A DNA stretch of 61,772 bases, filler included. It is 7 parts of 7 records of this genome, joined end to end, with 100 filler letters (N's around TTAATTAATTAA, not from the genome) between each part and the next. Parts side by side here need not be neighbours in the genome. Positions count along the whole stretch, not along the records: positions 53,594 to 61,772 come from SRR31156797_24495; 6 more parts are not named here. One strand, 5' to 3'. Within the stretch, counting starts at the first letter, position 1. Each line of letters opens with the position of its first letter. Made by a program: the position numbers and the translations under genes. Below, piece after piece: positions 60,218-61,772 of the stretch. The notes under the pieces are model-generated. The model saw only the letters and a program-made list of their open reading frames with translations, was not told the origin of the DNA and did no database searches.

Positions 60218-60925
60218 ATGAGAACTGTTAAAAGAGTTATTGCCATCTTCATCATGGCTCTGTTTACCACCACGGTAAACGCCCAGGTGCTGATATCCCT
60301 GCTTTTTGGGGAAAAACTCAACTCGCCAAAAATAGAGTTTGGGCTGGAAGGAGGGATGAGCCGTTCGTACATCAATGATATCAGTGGATCTGAAGGACTC
60401 AATGCTTTTGATCTGGGGTTTTATTTTCACATTAATTTAATGGGAAATTCCTACATAAGCACCGGTGTTCGTGTGAAATCGAGTGTAGGAGCCACAGGAA
60501 TGTCCACCTATCCAATAGGAGATGCCGATTTTGATACGCTTTATCAGCATGGCACCTTAACAAAGAAAATCCCATGCTTCTATATACCAGTTATGTGGCA
60601 TCAACGCTTTAACAATAGATGGTATGTTGAGGCAGGCCCAACATTGGGGCTCATTTACAAACCCAAAGATATTTTTGAAACTTCCGATCTTGGAGGTGAC
60701 CTCAGTTATACCAGGGAAGTTACTGATGCGTATAAACGCATCGATGTCGGGCTGTCAGGTGGGGTTGGCTATAAATTCAGCCAGGAAATAAAGAGCATGA
60801 GTGTCGGGGTAACTTATTATTACGGGTTGGTGGACGTAAGCAATAATGCTGATGTTACAATCAAAAACTCAGCCTTATATTTCTTCCTGAAAATTCCGAT
60901 CGGAGCACAACCCAAATCAGAATAA
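60218..60925 (+). CDS. Outer membrane beta-barrel (porin-like) protein
   Basis: Signal peptide, AQVLISLLFGEKLN, alternating aromatic strands (YIPV, EAGP, GVGY, YYYGL). Confidence 0.75.
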   Translation: MRTVKRVIAIFIMALFTTTVNAQVLISLLFGEKLNSPKIEFGLEGGMSRSYINDISGSEGLNAFDLGFYFHINLMGNSYISTGVRVKSSVGATGMSTYPIGDADFDTLYQHGTLTKKIPCFYIPVMWHQRFNNRWYVEAGPTLGLIYKPKDIFETSDLGGDLSYTREVTDAYKRIDVGLSGGVGYKFSQEIKSMSVGVTYYYGLVDVSNNADVTIKNSALYFFLKIPIGAQPKSE

Positions 60926-60945
60926 AATTTCAAAACAATAATAGT

Positions 60946-61509
60946 ATGACAACAAAATTTTTAAGCAAAACAATGGCCGGGTTATTCCTGCTGGTTATTT
61001 TCCTCTCAACCGGTCAGGAAATATTTTCCCAGGCTGTACCTACCACACAGGTTTTGCCCGACACTTCCAGGATGACATACAATCAAATTTCGAAAACACT
61101 TAAACTGTATGTTTTCCCAACTAAAAACCAAAGTCAACAACAACAAAAAGTAGATGAGTTTGAATGTTACAAGTGGGCAGTTGAACAATCCGGAATTGAT
61201 CCTTTGGACCTTCCGAAAGTGGAAGCGGCCCCGGTTCAATCCGGACCAACCGGCGGTGCTATTGTAGGTGGGGTAAGGGGTGCAGCAGCAGGCGCAGCCA
61301 TTGGTGCCATTGCGGGCGATGCCGGAAAGGGAGCAGCTATTGGCGCTGTTGCTGGTGGGCTGGCAGGCCGCAGAAGAGGCCAGGCCGCGCAGGCGCAACA
61401 CAACCAGCAGGCACAGGCACAGGCCAACAAAAGCGAACAGGATATGAAAGATAGTTTTCTGAAAGCTTTTAAGGTTTGTATGGAAGGTAAGGGTTATACA
61501 ATTGAATAA
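60946..61509 (+). CDS. Glycine-zipper domain secreted protein
   Basis: YVFP..Q..QQ..DE.EC..WA, GAAAGAAIGAIAGDAGKGAAIGA, CMEGKGYT. Confidence 0.82.
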   Translation: MTTKFLSKTMAGLFLLVIFLSTGQEIFSQAVPTTQVLPDTSRMTYNQISKTLKLYVFPTKNQSQQQQKVDEFECYKWAVEQSGIDPLDLPKVEAAPVQSGPTGGAIVGGVRGAAAGAAIGAIAGDAGKGAAIGAVAGGLAGRRRGQAAQAQHNQQAQAQANKSEQDMKDSFLKAFKVCMEGKGYTIE

Positions 61510-61528
61510 TACGTAACAACAAAAGATT

Positions 61529-61772
61529 ATGAAATACGGAGTAATACTTATTGCACTGATTATAGGCCTGTCGGCGTGCACAAATAAAACAACACAACAT
61601 GATCAGGAAAACATCCAACTGGTAAAAAACTATATCAAAGCGGTTGAACACCTCGACTTTGAAGCTATGGCAGCTTATCTCGATGATGATTATCTGGGCA
61701 TGGGCCCTTCTTATGGTGACTCGATAAACAAAACTAATGCCGTTGCCAACTGGAGCTGGAGTGTGGAATATC
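61529..61772 (+). CDS. SnoaL/NTF2-like lipoprotein (3'-truncated by window end)
   Basis: MKYGVILIALIIGLSAC...ENIQLVKNYIKAVE.LDFEAMAAYLDDDY...GP; absent from the ORF track because it has no stop. Confidence 0.75.
   Translation, partial: MKYGVILIALIIGLSACTNKTTQHDQENIQLVKNYIKAVEHLDFEAMAAYLDDDYLGMGPSYGDSINKTNAVANWSWSVEY

Overview
This window is not one chromosome region. It is seven unrelated contigs joined by artificial 100-nt N spacers, each containing TTAATTAATTAA (a stop in all six frames). Taxonomic calls are inferred from gene content and promoter style. (1) 1-9295, Bacteroidota-like: a CzcCBA/CusCBA-type RND metal-efflux operon led by two His-rich proteins (the first ends in an RGPP motif), two small Pro-rich PID-CTERM-like proteins, and a broken chimeric beta-propeller/T9SS gene. 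(2) 9396-18858, Desulfovibrionaceae-like: a large acyl-CoA dehydrogenase, an ETF-QO/FixCX fusion, a pentapeptide-repeat class I adenylate cyclase and a partial NhaC-family antiporter. (3) 18959-28865, Desulfovibrionaceae-like: a tRNA-fMet 3' end, a degenerate HD-GYP, a miniature RTX/LapA-like protein and a TPP-riboswitch-controlled thiSGHFEC operon. (4) 28966-39914, Desulfobacterota-like: c-di-GMP genes (two HD-GYP regulators, PilZ), a candidate GGA-hairpin sRNA, radical SAM, SDR, TPR proteins and SPOR-vWA-OmpA. (5) 40015-47621: a MoxR/DUF58/SpoIIM/RDD/DUF4350/DUF4129 cluster. (6) 47722-53493: an atypical ClpX-like ATPase and a TetR-ACAD-ferredoxin-DUF169 operon. (7) 53594-61772, Bacteroidota-like: a LuxR regulator divergent from three tandem DUF1254/DUF1214 genes and outer-membrane genes. 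The best candidate for an undescribed system is a His-rich, RGPP-ending leader ORF that could act as a metal-responsive ribosome-arrest peptide for the RND efflux operon. No CRISPR array, rRNA, integrase or transposase was seen. All family assignments come from motif recognition, not database searches.
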